Origin: Octopus bimaculoides
Lineage: Eukaryota
Direction: 5' to 3'
Length of the DNA: 64,000 nucleotides
NCBI RefSeq assembly: GCF_001194135.2
Contig: NC_068989.1
Coordinates: 9,982,468 to 10,046,467 of the forward strand
Shown here: positions 26,746 to 40,028 of the stretch, piece by piece
Numbering within the stretch: position 1 is the first letter of the stretch
Layout: each line of letters begins with the position of its first letter
The notes under the pieces: model-generated
Told to the model about the DNA's origin: nothing
What the model saw: the letters and a program-made list of their open reading frames with translations, nothing else
The model's database searches: none
Made by a program: the position numbers and the translations under genes

Positions 26746-26791
<46 letters not shown>

Positions 26792-26996
26792 GGGGGTAGC
26801 TGTATGTTTGTGGATGGGTGGGTGTGTTGGTTTGCTTATTAGATTAATAGAACGTATCTATCTGTCTCATTAATTCTGAAGCGAAATACAAATTCCCAAC
26901 CCAGTAACTTATAAGATTTACAGAGAACTCTCAAGAAAAATTGAGTATACCTGCACACACAAGAGACAACACTTGAGAAAGAAAAAAAAGAAAAAC

Positions 26997-27055
<59 letters not shown>

Positions 27056-27655
27056 NNNNNNNNNNNNNNNNNNNNNNNNNNNNNNNNNNNNNNNNNNNNN
27101 NNNNNNNNNNNNNNNNNNNNNNNNNNNNNNNNNNNNNNNNNNNNNNNNNNNNNNNNNNNNNNNNNNNNNNNNNNNNNNNNNNNNNNNNNNNNNNNNNNNN
27201 NNNNNNNNNNNNNNNNNNNNNNNNNNNNNNNNNNNNNNNNNNNNNNNNNNNNNNNNNNNNNNNNNNNNNNNNNNNNNNNNNNNNNNNNNNNNNNNNNNNN
27301 NNNNNNNNNNNNNNNNNNNNNNNNNNNNNNNNNNNNNNNNNNNNNNNNNNNNNNNNNNNNNNNNNNNNNNNNNNNNNNNNNNNNNNNNNNNNNNNNNNNN
27401 NNNNNNNNNNNNNNNNNNNNNNNNNNNNNNNNNNNNNNNNNNNNNNNNNNNNNNNNNNNNNNNNNNNNNNNNNNNNNNNNNNNNNNNNNNNNNNNNNNNN
27501 NNNNNNNNNNNNNNNNNNNNNNNNNNNNNNNNNNNNNNNNNNNNNNNNNNNNNNNNNNNNNNNNNNNNNNNNNNNNNNNNNNNNNNNNNNNNNNNNNNNN
27601 NNNNNNNNNNNNNNNNNNNNNNNNNNNNNNNNNNNNNNNNNNNNNNNNNNNNNNN

Positions 27656-27710
<55 letters not shown>

Positions 27711-28349
27711 CATATATATATACACATATACATATATGAGAGCAACAAGGATATACAAAGTTTGAACTGTGAGGCAATAAATTCTGGTCAGAACATATCT
27801 TAACTTTTCCAATTTTTCTTTTCTATCCTAAGCAAAGTTTTCTCTATTTTTATAACATTTCCCAAAATTTAATTACAACAAGAAAATTGTTAGCTAAATT
27901 GGAATGCTGATGGAGTTAAATGGATCTACAGCAATAGTGAAGAACAAAAGACAACATGGCCATTGGTTGAGATTGAAATGGAGGGGGTGGAGTGTCAGAT
28001 GTGTGCAGCAGGAGAGCAGAGATCTAATAACTGTCATGGTAGCTGTCTTAGATATGAAACTACAAAGAGATTGCAGGGAACATACAACAAAACTAACATT
28101 ATGGTTCTGGAAATTCCTCTCTCTTTACTATAGACAATTACTCTCTCTTCCTCGCTAGTTCTCTCTCAGTGTCTCTCAAACGTTACTAAGACAATATTCT
28201 AGTTGAGCAGCTGCCAGAAAAGCGTTTCAAACATGTAATAAATAATTCATGTCACCTATTTTTAGTAGAAATATCAAATTCAGATTTATTAGTTCGCAAG
28301 ATTTAAATGCTATNNNNNNNNNNNNNNNNNNNNNNNNNNNNNNNNNNNN

Positions 28350-28392
<43 letters not shown>

Positions 28393-28640
28393 CACACACA
28401 ATGCTAACAGTGATACAGATAATAACAATATCAACAATAATACTAATAACAATAATTTCTTTTTGAGTAACAAAAATATTAATGACTTGTTTTGAATTAC
28501 AATAACAAAAACAAGAATACAACAAAGCTAAACTAAAAAAAATAAAAAGAGGAAAAAAGACAAAAATAAAAAATACAGAGGCTGCGATTCAGAAAATATA
28601 TTTTATGGAGGTTGAAAGGTATTCAAGACACTCCCCACCC

Positions 28641-28694
<54 letters not shown>

Positions 28695-28709
28695 CATTAT
28701 TATTATTAC

Positions 28710-28751
<42 letters not shown>

Positions 28752-28991
28752 AAAGGTAAAAGTTTAAAAATTAAAATAAAAACATCAACATCATTCAATA
28801 ATTTTTCTGTTTATTTTACCATGCTGACAGAGTTGGGTTAGCAGGGTTTTTTTATTTTTTATTTTTTTTTTTTATTTTAGCAAAAAAAAAAAAAATTCCT
28901 TCAAAGAAATTCAAAAGAAGCTGAGGTGAAGCAATGGGTCACAAACAGAAATACATCAGAAATGTTGACATGCACCAGCCATGCACCTTAC

Positions 28992-29000
28992 CACTGGCCA
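28992..29000 (-). CDS. Candidate 9-nt neural-type microexon (TGGCCAGTG) of an unidentified minus-strand gene
   Basis: tcttcctctgtatctttgtgtcttacag|TGGCCAGTG|gtaaggTGCATGgctggTGCATG: strong acceptor, strong donor, frame-preserving length, two RBFOX motifs. Confidence 0.55.
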
Positions 29001-29536
29001 CTGTAAGACACAAAGATACAGAGGAAGACTATAACTAACTACACATGGACAGTATAATGCAACGATCAGTGACCAATTAGAAAAGGAGGTTCTTTTTTTC
29101 GGTTTGTATGCATCTGTGATATTGCCAGCAGGCCATTTGTAACATCCATAGTTCACAACAGGGAGTGTTATAAACAAAATGGCATAGATAATACTTTTGA
29201 TTGATTTTTTTCCTTTTTTTAAAGAGACAAAACCATTTTCACTTTTGAAATTAAATTAGTTTTTTTTTTTCAGTAAAAAAAGAACTTCACAAAGAAGGTT
29301 TTCAGATAATCTTAACCCTAACAGTTAGAAATATTATTTTACAGCTTGTAATGTGACCATTTGTAGTTCACAAAGAGCTAAACTATGTCATAAAGCAAGA
29401 AAGAGGCAACTGGGCCTGTCGAAGACAAAGCATGAAATAAACTTCAATACGTTGATTACCTCATTAAATAAGGTGAGATCAAACTAAAAGGCCAAGTAAA
29501 AGACAAGGTGGTATCAAGATAAAATATCAAAGATCA

Positions 29537-29765
29537 ATCATCATCATCATCATCATTTTAACTTCTGCTTTTCCATGCCTGCATGGGTCAGACAGAGTTT
29601 ACTGAGGCAGGTTTTCTACAGCTCAACGCCCTTCTTGTTTCCAAGAACGGTAATATTTCACTCCCCACCACACCCCTAATCAACAGAATGCTTTTACAGA
29701 ACATTCGAAATGAACGACACTCTTGTATAACGGTGACACTCGTTTACAACTAACCCGTGATGTTA
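29537..29765 (-). mobile_element. Degenerate RTE-tailed short retroelement
   Basis: (cat)n ttttaacttctgcttttccatgcctgcatgggtcagac. Confidence 0.65.
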
Positions 29766-29846
29766 AGACAAAGTAACACAAAAACACATTTATTCTCTCT
29801 CACTCACTCACTCACTCACTCACTCACACACACACACACACACACA

Positions 29847-29899
<53 letters not shown>

Positions 29900-30684
29900 G
29901 AACCCACCATCACACCTACAGAAAGTATTTTGACATAATGAGATCTCATTCGACGCTGACCCAGTATGAAGAATTTGCCAAGTCATAAGAATTGGGATAT
30001 ATGTTGGAAATGTTGATTCACCCCTGAAGACATATCAACAAGTGTAACAAATATAATGTAAGAGAAACAGAACAGGTTCAATCCCAGCTGGTAGTTTTTG
30101 TTCCATACGCTTCTTCTCTTTGCTTGTTGTTTAATCAAATGTAACTGCAACATCCTATTAAACCAATCATCGTTCATTGTTACCTGAAATTGTTAAGACC
30201 AGCATGAAGATAATGATCCCTTACACATCAAAGAGATGTATCTATTTCTTAGAGTGAATCACATACGTACACACACTCACTCTCACCCTCTCGTTCTCTC
30301 CTTTCTCATATACGTACACATGCACACACATAGAATACAAACATACCTACATACATATGTACATACATTATATACATACATTACATATATACATTACATA
30401 CATATATTACATACATACATATATACATAAGAATGTACATGAATGTATGAGAATACAATGTATGCACGTGTGCATTTGAGTAAAAATAGTTGTTCGTATA
30501 TGACTTTGAACACGAGGAATTCTTTATCTATTTTCTATTTATCTGTTGCAAAAACTAGATTACACAGTGAACACTGACTGTATATAAACATGTACGATTA
30601 TGCACACACACATACAACAGAGCTGTACAATACTCCATCATTGCATAGGCACAGATAAAACAAAGAAATTTATGAGTGAATGCA

Positions 30685-30717
<33 letters not shown>

Positions 30718-31299
30718 ATGAGTATATATAGAGCAGGGTATATGTATAATCACAGTCTCGTTCTTTGACATCCATTTTAACAAGCTTCACTGAGGAATCA
30801 TGCGTAACAATATAGCAATGAAGCAGAGTGGTTTAGTTAGCTGAGTGAGTGAGTTGGAAGCTAGAAACAGCCTCCTCTTGAAACGTATCTGTGACTCTCC
30901 TAAACATTAAAAGAAAAGGAAAACTGCAGTTGATGACAACAGCTACCCAGAGAATAAACGAAATTGCTAGCTTCAAACAGGATTTTAACAAGTGTTCTTC
31001 TGGTGAGTGAATGTGTGAGGTTTAATATTTTAGCCGTAACCCAAGTCTTCTTTTGACATATATCAAATCATGCTTTTAAATTCAAAATTTTCAGCAAAAT
31101 TCTACTATTTCAAAGAAGTTTTATAGCAGTCACATCTCCGCAACGCTAGACGCCGACCTGGAATTCCTCGCACACTGCAAATATCTCATGTTATTTATTG
31201 CATTGGCAATGCATGACTGACACTACTACACATCTTTGTTCCTGATTCTAAGAGCCTAAACCATTACAAATACATTATTGCTTCTAATACACATGTAAA

Positions 31300-31415
31300 G
31301 GCAGTGAGCTGGCAGAAATGTTAGCACACTGGAAAAAACATTTTGCAGTATTTCTTTTCACTCATCACATTCTGGGTTCAAATTCCACCACTGCGGTCCA
31401 CTTTGCCATTCCTTC
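31300..31415 (+). mobile_element. SINE family B head
   Basis: ggcagtgagctggcagaaatgttagcac...ctgggttcaaattcc. Confidence 0.75.
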
Positions 31416-32211
31416 TTTTACTGTTAATAAAATAAGTAACAGTTGTNNNNNNNNNNNNNNNNNNNNNNNNNNNNNNNNNNNNNNNNNNNNNNNNNNNNNN
31501 NNNNNNNNNNNNNNNNNNNNNNNNNNNNNNNNNNNNNNNNNNNNNNNNNNNNNNNNNNNNNNNNNNNNNNNNNNNNNNNNNNNNNNNNNNNNNNNNNNNN
31601 NNNNNNNNNNNNNNNNNNNNNNNNNNNNNNNNNNNNNNNNNNNNNNNNNNNNNNNNNNNNNNNNNNNNNNNNNNNNNNNNNNNNNNNNNNNNNNNNNNNN
31701 NNNNNNNNNNNNNNNNNNNNNNNNNNNNNNNNNNNNNNNNNNNNNNNNNNNNNNNNNNNNNNNNNNNNNNNNNNNNNNNNNNNNNNNNNNNNNNNNNNNN
31801 NNNNNNNNNNNNNNNNNNNNNNNNNNNNNNNNNNNNNNNNNNNNNNNNNNNNNNNNNNNNNNNNNNNNNNNNNNNNNNNNNNNNNNNNNNNNNNNNNNNN
31901 NNNNNNNNNNNNNNNNNNNNNNNNNNNNNNNNNNNNNNNNNNNNNNNNNNNNNNNNNNNNNNNNNNNNNNNNNNNNNNNNNNNNNNNNNNNNNNNNNNNN
32001 NNNNNNNNNNNNNNNNNNNNNNNNNNNNNNNNNNNNNNNNNNNNNNNNNNNNNNNNNNNNNNNNNNNNNNNNNNNNNNNNNNNNNNNNNNNNNNNNNNNN
32101 NNNNNNNNNNNNNNNNNNNNNNNNNNNNNNNNNNNNNNNNNNNNNNNNNNNNNNNNNNNNNNNNNNNNNNNNNNNNNNNNNNNNNNNNNNNNNNNNNNNN
32201 NNNNNNNNNNN

Positions 32212-32263
<52 letters not shown>

Positions 32264-32412
32264 TACATACACATATACATGTGTGTATGGGTGCAGTAAC
32301 CACGTGCCTATGTGTGTATGTTAACATACATGCACACACAACATGCACACACACATTATATTCATCTATTTATATGCATGTAAACATGTACACTATGTAT
32401 ATGTATATACTG

Positions 32413-32463
<51 letters not shown>

Positions 32464-33254
32464 AAATATCATTTAGTGAATATCGGAGTTACATGTGAGC
32501 TTGGATACTACTGTAATCAGATGGGCTTCTGTAACGTACCATGCACAACCTGGCAACTGTTTGGATTCAAATAACAAAGCTAGTCAACGAGAGAATGAAT
32601 TATTTTTCTTTTCTTTAAAAAACGTGAACTGAAGGAGCCAGAATTTACCCCATCAAATGCTCTCACTGGGCACTGAATCAGGTCAGCTTTTAGCAACGAT
32701 TCATACATTAAATAAATTAACTTTAGCTAAGTGTTTACTGTACACTGATCTCAATGTACAACAAACACTGTATGTCTTTGCTGACATATAGAGGGAACTG
32801 CCTCCAAAGAGTAAAAGACTTTCTCGAAAATTCTCCACAAATTTTCCAATGGTGTGTGTGAAGTTTTTTTTTTTGTTTCTCTCTCTATGTGCGTGTGTGC
32901 ATGCGTATAAAAATGTTTCTTGCTTCTTTTCACCAGCTCTATAACGGTTATGTCCAGACTAGCCTTATGTCAATAATAATAATAATAATAATGATGGTTC
33001 ATTAAATATTCAAGAAATTACAGAGACAGGCTATTTGCATATCACATATATCATTTGATTTGGGTTGCAATTAAGATTAGAATTGTTATCAAATTTATGG
33101 AAATATATAGAAAAACAAGCGAGATTTTTAATGAAACAATAACACAACAAGATCAGTCTTTTAAGTAGTTTCGACTAAATAAGAAACAATGTTGAAGGTA
33201 AACATAGTTGTTAATGATAAACGTTTCAATCGATGTGTTTATCATCATTGACAT

Positions 33255-33500
33255 CTTTAGCATTTTTAGGTCCTGAGTTCAAAATCCGCCAAGCTCAACT
33301 TTGCTCTTCATCCTTTCTGGGTCAATAAAATAAGTACCAGTTGCATACTGGGGTCGATCTAATCGACTGGCCCGCCTCCCCAAAAATTTCGGGCCTTGTG
33401 CCTAGAGTAGAAAAGAATAAAATAAGTACCAGTTGAGCACTGGGGTCGATGTAATCAACTAGCTCCTGCTCCCAAAATTGCTGGCCTGGAGTCAATATCT
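33255..33500 (+). mobile_element. SINE family B with duplicated 3' module
   Basis: aataaaataagtaccagttg..actggggtcgat occurs twice (near 33325 and 33418). Confidence 0.75.
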
Positions 33501-34591
33501 GAAAGCAATATTTTAGCAGATGCCACGACATAGCTATCTGTATTTACTCTTTTAATTATCATATTTTCTTCCCAGATGCAAAACTCCTCCTACATCAATA
33601 TTAGCAGTGAAGGCATGGATATTCGATAATTTCCCATACTTGTATGACACTGAGGATTCAACCATATCTAAACCATTACATAACTAACAGTTATTATTAC
33701 TACTGTAAAGTACTGTTTTTTAACTATGGTTTATGCAGGGTTTTTTTCCTTTCCTTTCTTTGTCAATTAAATACGATGGGTAAATGACAGACACTGCAAT
33801 AAAAATGTTCTACTTCATTAGGCACACATCCACAGATAGCCCAATAAATAAATAAATATATAAATAAAGTATGTCCCCCATCCATCCATCCCTTCCTCAA
33901 CAAAATAAATCCTCAATAGCCAGAGTTAATGAGAAATGCAGTCTGCATGATAAAGCATTTAGATAACTGCGATTGCTGTTTATCTTCATTATAATTTGTT
34001 GCATCAACTTGCAGTGTTGACTGAACAATGCAACAATGCAGACCTGGGTTTTAATGTAAAAAAAAAACAAAAAAAACAAACACCCTACCATGTCTCTGGA
34101 ATAGATAAATGTGTAAATGTGTGCACAACTCTATAGAATCAAAGCCACGCATATAATGGTAACTAAGTCTAGAAATTGATTGGCTGAGAAGTTAACTTGG
34201 TTGATTTATTTCTCATCAATTTGAGGCTACGGAAAGTAATCTATATGAAAACAGAAAACGCTGTCGATATTAACATAAGCAAATATGAAGTTTGATTTGA
34301 GAGAGAAATAGAAAAGAACAAAAGTAAATGCCTCATTGTGTTTAGCACTGTCCTTCGAAGTTCTGAATGAAGGGTGCAAGGCATAATGGTTAGAGGGTGT
34401 GGCTTATGCTCATAAGGCTGTGAGTTCAATTTCTAACCCTATTAGATCCATTTTAATAAGTCTGAGTTTATTATTCAAAAACATAATCAAGTCAGTAGTT
34501 CTAGATACTGGGTAAATACACCGACAAATCAACATGAAAATGGACAAGAAGTATATAAACATGTACCAAGCATTGTATATGACAATATCTA

Positions 34592-34767
34592 GATGCATGG
34601 TTTAGTGGTTAGGGTGTTGGACTTGTGATCAAAAGATTGTCATTTCAATTCTTGGACTAAGCAATGCATTGTGGGTCTTGAGGAAAACACTTCATTTCAT
34701 ATTGCTCCAGTCCACTCAGCTGGCAAAAATGAGTAATCCTGCGATGAACTGGTGTCCTATCCAGGGG

Positions 34768-34810
<43 letters not shown>

Positions 34811-34845
34811 ACAGAATACGAAACCAGCCTTATGAATCTATGCAA
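34592..34845 (+). mobile_element. tRNA-derived SINE family D
   Basis: catggtttagtggttagggtgttggact...ttcaattc...ttgaggaaaacact...gcgatgaactggtgtcctatccagggg. Confidence 0.7.
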
Positions 34846-35224
34846 CTTGGGAAGGAACTTTATCCTTTACATTTTTTAGTTTGGGTCTAAAAATATTGGT
34901 TGCCAGGAGACTAAGGGGGCCCACCCACAACTACAAGGTGGTCCAACTGCAACTACAAGGGGGCTCACTCACAACTACAATGCTGTCAATTTTTTTTTTT
35001 TTTGTTTGTTAAAAGTATTCTTTTCAAGTGTCTAGAAACACAGCCAGGAGTGAATAAAAAAATTCTCAAACTTGAGGGGATGGGCCCCTTAGATACTAAC
35101 ATGGGCTGCCATATATGGATTCTAATGGTGCAGGGGCCTGCTTTCCATCGGGCAAGCTGGCAACCTGGCCAGTCTGCTACTGCTTACAATCATATGGGAC
35201 ATACATGTACGGACTGACAAGGTG

Positions 35225-35560
35225 ATCAAAATCAAACTCTCCAGATATGGTCATAAAAGAGTAGAAAGAAGATGACTAAAATCTGCCAACATCTTCAACC
35301 TTTCTGACCAAAACATTGCTCAAAAGAGGTCAGGGAAAAGCCAAAGCACAAGGATCTTGAAATTGAACTAAGCAGGGTATGGGGACAGGAATATAAGAAC
35401 AGTACCAATAATAAATGCCGCACCAAGTATGGTATAAAAAGAAGAAAAAAATATGAACAAAAACATATAAAGTAAACCAGGGCTTCCAAGGTAACAGATA
35501 GTTTAAAAGTTGGCCATGTGGGACACAGCCGGCATCCTACATGAAATGCTTTCAACTGAA
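35225..35560 (+). mobile_element. Decayed C-terminus of an RLE-type (R4/Dong-like) non-LTR retrotransposon
   Basis: Frameshift-corrected PDMVIKE...SDQNIAQK...KHKDLEIELSRVWG...TVPII...PGLP...KLAMWDTAGILHEMLS matches the restriction-like endonuclease tail (RPD..D..K.KY.DL...VPIVIGALG...GTAHILRKVL). Confidence 0.75.
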
Positions 35561-35578
35561 ACAGCACACTCTCTGTGT

Positions 35579-35961
35579 GTGTTAGCACTCAGTCGCTTAC
35601 GACGTAGAGGGTTCCAGTTGATCCGATCAACGGAACAGCCTGCTCGTGAAATTAACATGCAAGTGGCTGAGCACTCCACAGACACGTGTACCCATAACGT
35701 AGTTCTCGGGGATATTCAGCGTGACACAGTGTGACAAGGCTGAACCTTTGAATTACAGGCACAACAGAAACAGGAAGAAAGAGTGAGAGAAAGTTGTGGT
35801 GAAAGAGTACAGCAGGGTTCGTCACCATCCCCTGCTGGAGCCTCGTGGAGCTTTAGGTGTTTTTGCTCAATAAACACTCACAACGCTCGGTCTGGTAATC
35901 GAAACCGCGATTCTATGACCGCGAGTCCGCTGCCCTAACCACTGGGCCATTGTGCCTCCAC
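35579..35961 (-). mobile_element. tRNA-derived SINE family C, full length
   Basis: Head gtggaggcacaatggcccagtggttagggcagcggactcgcgg...ggtttcgattacc; near-identical to 52548-52872. Confidence 0.9.
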
Positions 35962-36320
35962 TGCACACTCTCTACACAATGTGCAACCTCCACAATAAAC
36001 AAACAACAAACTAACACAGCTCAAACAACACATACTCTTACATAATCAATGTCTGGCACTGTAACACAACCAACTCACACAGCTCACATTGTATACGGTT
36101 GATACACATTAATAATATAATACAACTCACACAGGATATGCCCAGTGCAAGCACTGTCAATCCATCACTAAACTAAACACAGCACATATGATTGCATAAA
36201 ACCAGTCACACACCATTTATGAAACACAAACACTCCCCAATAAAATAATAATACGACCCAGAGAACATATCTTCTATGCAATCACTATCTGGCACTAAAA
36301 GCTAATCATACAATCACTAA

Positions 36321-36359
<39 letters not shown>

Positions 36360-36519
36360 AGCTTATACAATATATATAATGCAAGACTGATGTAGCATCA
36401 TTTTTACATTCCCAAGAGGACAATACTGTCCATGCTGCACACATATACATAGCTCAGGGATGCAGTGATGTACCTGGTGATGGTGCAGCAGAAACTTACA
36501 AACAACTGTTGAAAATATG

Positions 36520-36745
36520 ATGATGATGATGATGATGAGGATGATGACGATGGTGATGAATATGAGACGATGATGATGATGACGATGGTGATGAATATGA
36601 GACGATGATGATGATGATGATGACGACGAATATAAGATGATGATGATGATGATGACGAATATAAGATGATGATGATGATGATGATGACGAATATAAGATG
36701 ATGATGATGATGGTGGTGGTGGTGGTGGTGACAATGATAATGATG
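36520..36745. repeat. (ATG)n microsatellite with higher-order units
   Basis: gaatatgagacgatg x2 and gacgaatataagatg x3 embedded in (gat)n. Confidence 0.9.
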
Positions 36746-38041
36746 ACAACTAGGATGATGACAGTGACGGCGATGATGACACTATCAACAACAACGACAA
36801 AATCAGATCTTATAAGCCATACAATTGTCTAAATTTGTAAAAGCAACCAGAAGGAATTTCAAAACAAACAAACAAACAACAACAACAAAACAAACACTCA
36901 AACAAAAAAAAAATCAAATAAAACTACAGCACACAAATTAATTTCAGCAATATTTGACAAGTAATTGCCAAGATAATTTCAGTTTTGAAAGTTTCATCTT
37001 GGCTAATAGCAGTTCAAAACTAACATCCATTAGTCAACAGTAATAGACAATTAGGAACCACATTAATTTGGAGAATTCTTCACACATTTTATTAAAATTA
37101 AAATAATTTTCAAATAAAGCATAGAGCAAGGCAAAAATTTTATCATTTTAATGTCTCTTTCTTTTTGTTTTGGGCTTGTTTTTTTTTACTGTCTTTGTTT
37201 CATTCATTTTTGTTGTTGTTTTTGCTTGTTTTTTTTTCTTGCTTTTGTAGTGTTTGTTTTTTTTTTTTGTTTTTTTTTTTTCAATTCAATTCAGTTCAAT
37301 ATAAGTTTTAATAATATATTTCGAAAAATTTGATAGATTAATTTCTTGGGTAATAATAACTGTTTTCAATCACTTTATATTAAATTGAGAAATTATTTTC
37401 AGATATTAATAAGTCTTTAATCTTTATTAATTCATCCTACATGGTCATCATCATCATCATCATCATCACCATCATTATTATTATCATTCTGATTATTATT
37501 ACTATTATCATTATTATTATTATTATTATTATTATTTCTAGATTTCATGCTTTATGTAAATGTCAAACATGAGAAAACAGTTAACAATCATAAGCAAATG
37601 GCCGTCTTCAGAAACAGCAAGAAGAAATCAATACAAAACCAACATATTTCTTTGTTTAAGCATCGTTAAAAAAAAAAAAAAAAACGGGGAGAAAAAAAAA
37701 CAAAAACAGATAAGTTCACAGCCCCTACAGCTCTGATTTATTAAAGGAGCGCAGAGTTCATAATTTTTTTCTTTTCTTATTTTTTTAAATCACCCCACCC
37801 CCTCTTAACTATTAATAAAAAGTAGGACTTAAAAACACACACACACACATACATACATACATACATACATACATACACACACAAAAAAAAAATGNNNNNN
37901 NNNNGTGGTAGTGGCGGCGGTGGCGGTGGCGGTGGTCGTGGTGGCAGCAAGACTGATAATATTGTTTGTAATGGTGTTTAACACTGTTGCAATTCAATGT
38001 TATTGTTGGTACACTGCTGTGGATGATAACGACGACAACAT

Positions 38042-38073
<32 letters not shown>

Positions 38074-38759
38074 CACTGTACATACTGATGTTGTTGTTAT
38101 TGCTATTAGCGTTATTGATATCATTGCCGTACATTGTCTTTGCTACTGTAATTGTTAATGTTGCTATTGTTAACGATACGAGTGATTGCAAATGTTATTG
38201 ATGATGATGATGATGATGATGATGAATTTGCTATCAATATTGCTATTATTACCAAGAGTATTATTATTATCATTATTATTATTATTATTATTATTGTTGT
38301 TGTTGTTGTTGCCTTTGTTGTTATTGTCATCGTACTCATTGTTATTGCTGCCGGTGTTGATGTTGTTGTAAGGATTATTGATGTTGATGCCATTGTTGTT
38401 AGTGTTATTGTTACCACGGTTATCATATTTGCTACTGCTGCTGCTGCAACAGACACATACAGTCCACTCTTATCAGTCAGGTTTTTCCTTGACAACAGCC
38501 AGAGAAATAAAAAGGAGATTCTCCTCTAAAACCTCAGCTCATCAGATAGTGTTCTTGCTGTAAGGGGACCAGTAGGGGACATACACAGAATTTTCAGAAG
38601 AGTGTTTAGGTGCCGAGCTAAACCTATCCAAGAGTGGAACCGCATCTATAGAGCTCAATATATTTCCAGGTCTTTTGTAAGAGAAACTGTATGGTTCCCT
38701 AAAAACCAGAACAGAACTTTTAAAAGGAGTACAATTTTGAACCACTGTTTCACCGTCAC

Positions 38760-39233
38760 CCTTTTTGGTTGTTTCCACAATTCAACCAAAGCTATAATTA
38801 AGGGCATTCTAACTACCACTATTCCATTTATTTTTGGACACAGTATAACTTGAGCTATAGCATCCAAAGCATTCTTCTTTCTTAAGATGATAGGGTGTGA
38901 CTTGACAGAGATTTATCTGCTATTTCTTATTTCTTTATTGCCCACAAGGGGCTAAACATAGAGGGGACAAACAAGGACAGATAAAGGTANNNNNNNNNNN
39001 NNNCCTTTTTGGTTGTTTCCACAATTCAACCAAAGCTATAATTAAGGGCATTCTAACTACCACTATTCCATTTATTTTTGGACACAGTATAACTTGAGCT
39101 ATAGCATCCAAAGCATTCTTCTTTCTTAAGATGATAGGGTGTGACTTGACAGAGATTTATCTGCTATTTCTTATTTCTTTATTGCCCACAAGGGGCTAAA
39201 CATAGAGGGGACAAACAAGGACAGATAAAGGTA
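38760..39233. other. Probable assembly overlap artefact
   Basis: 38760-38989 and 39004-39233 appear identical and directly flank a 14-N gap. Confidence 0.85.
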
Positions 39234-39402
39234 TTAAGTTGATTACATCGACCCCAGTGCATAATTGGTACTTAATCTATTGACTCCGAAAGGATGAAGG
39301 GCAAAGTCGACCCCGGTGGAATTTGAACTCAGAATGTAACGGCAGGCGAAATACTGCTAAGCATTTCGACCAGTGTGCTAACGTTTCTGCCAGCTCACTG
39401 CC
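39172..39402 (-). mobile_element. SINE family B with 16-bp target-site duplication
   Basis: tttatctgctatttct at 39156-39171 and 39403-39418. Confidence 0.9.
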
Positions 39403-39719
39403 TTTATCTGCTATTTCTAGCAGGCTGACCAACTTCATAAAGGCTCTTTCATTTGTTTTACCAATCCAGTGTTAGTTGGAACTGAGCTTTAATATATTAA
39501 CTGCCATGCATGCCACAGGCGGTTCATCGCAAACTTTACACAAATGCCATATGCACCACATGTGATACATTTTCATAATTTCAGAAAATACTTTATTCTG
39601 TATCTTTGACACGGTTTCGAGGATATTTAAATAACACAAGCGCAAAATATTAAAGTTTAATCATGAAATATTGCAAAAATGCAATAAAATTACATTTCCT
39701 TATAATTTAACAATATGTA

Positions 39720-40028
39720 AAGACATTCGAGCGAGATCGTTGCCAGTGCCGCCGAACTGGCTCCTGTGCAGGTGGCACATAAACTACACCATTTTGAGCG
39801 TGGCCGTTGCCAGTACCCCCTGACTGGCCTTCATGCCGGTGGCACGTAAAAGCACCCACTACACTCTCAGAGTGGTTGACGCTAGGAAGGGCATCCAGCT
39901 GTAGAAACTCTGCCAAATCAGATTGGAGCCTGGTGTAACCATCTGGTTTCACCAGTCCTCAGTCAAATCATCCAACCCATGCTAGCATGGAAAGCAGACG
40001 TTAAATGACAATGATGACGATGATGATG
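39720..40028 (+). mobile_element. RTE-tailed short retroelement with internal tandem duplication
   Basis: gttgccagt...actggc...ggtggcac.taaa occurs twice; tail catggaaagcagacgttaaatg(atg)n. Confidence 0.85.

Noticed and set aside
26839-27812. Long ORFs spanning N runs (also near 3057, 31318, 50000, 51636, 52755, 55533, 60415 and 62964)
   Set aside because: Artefacts of assembly gaps and dinucleotide repeats
38760-39233. 230-bp perfect tandem duplication
   Set aside because: Copies directly flank an N gap, which is typical of an unmerged contig overlap
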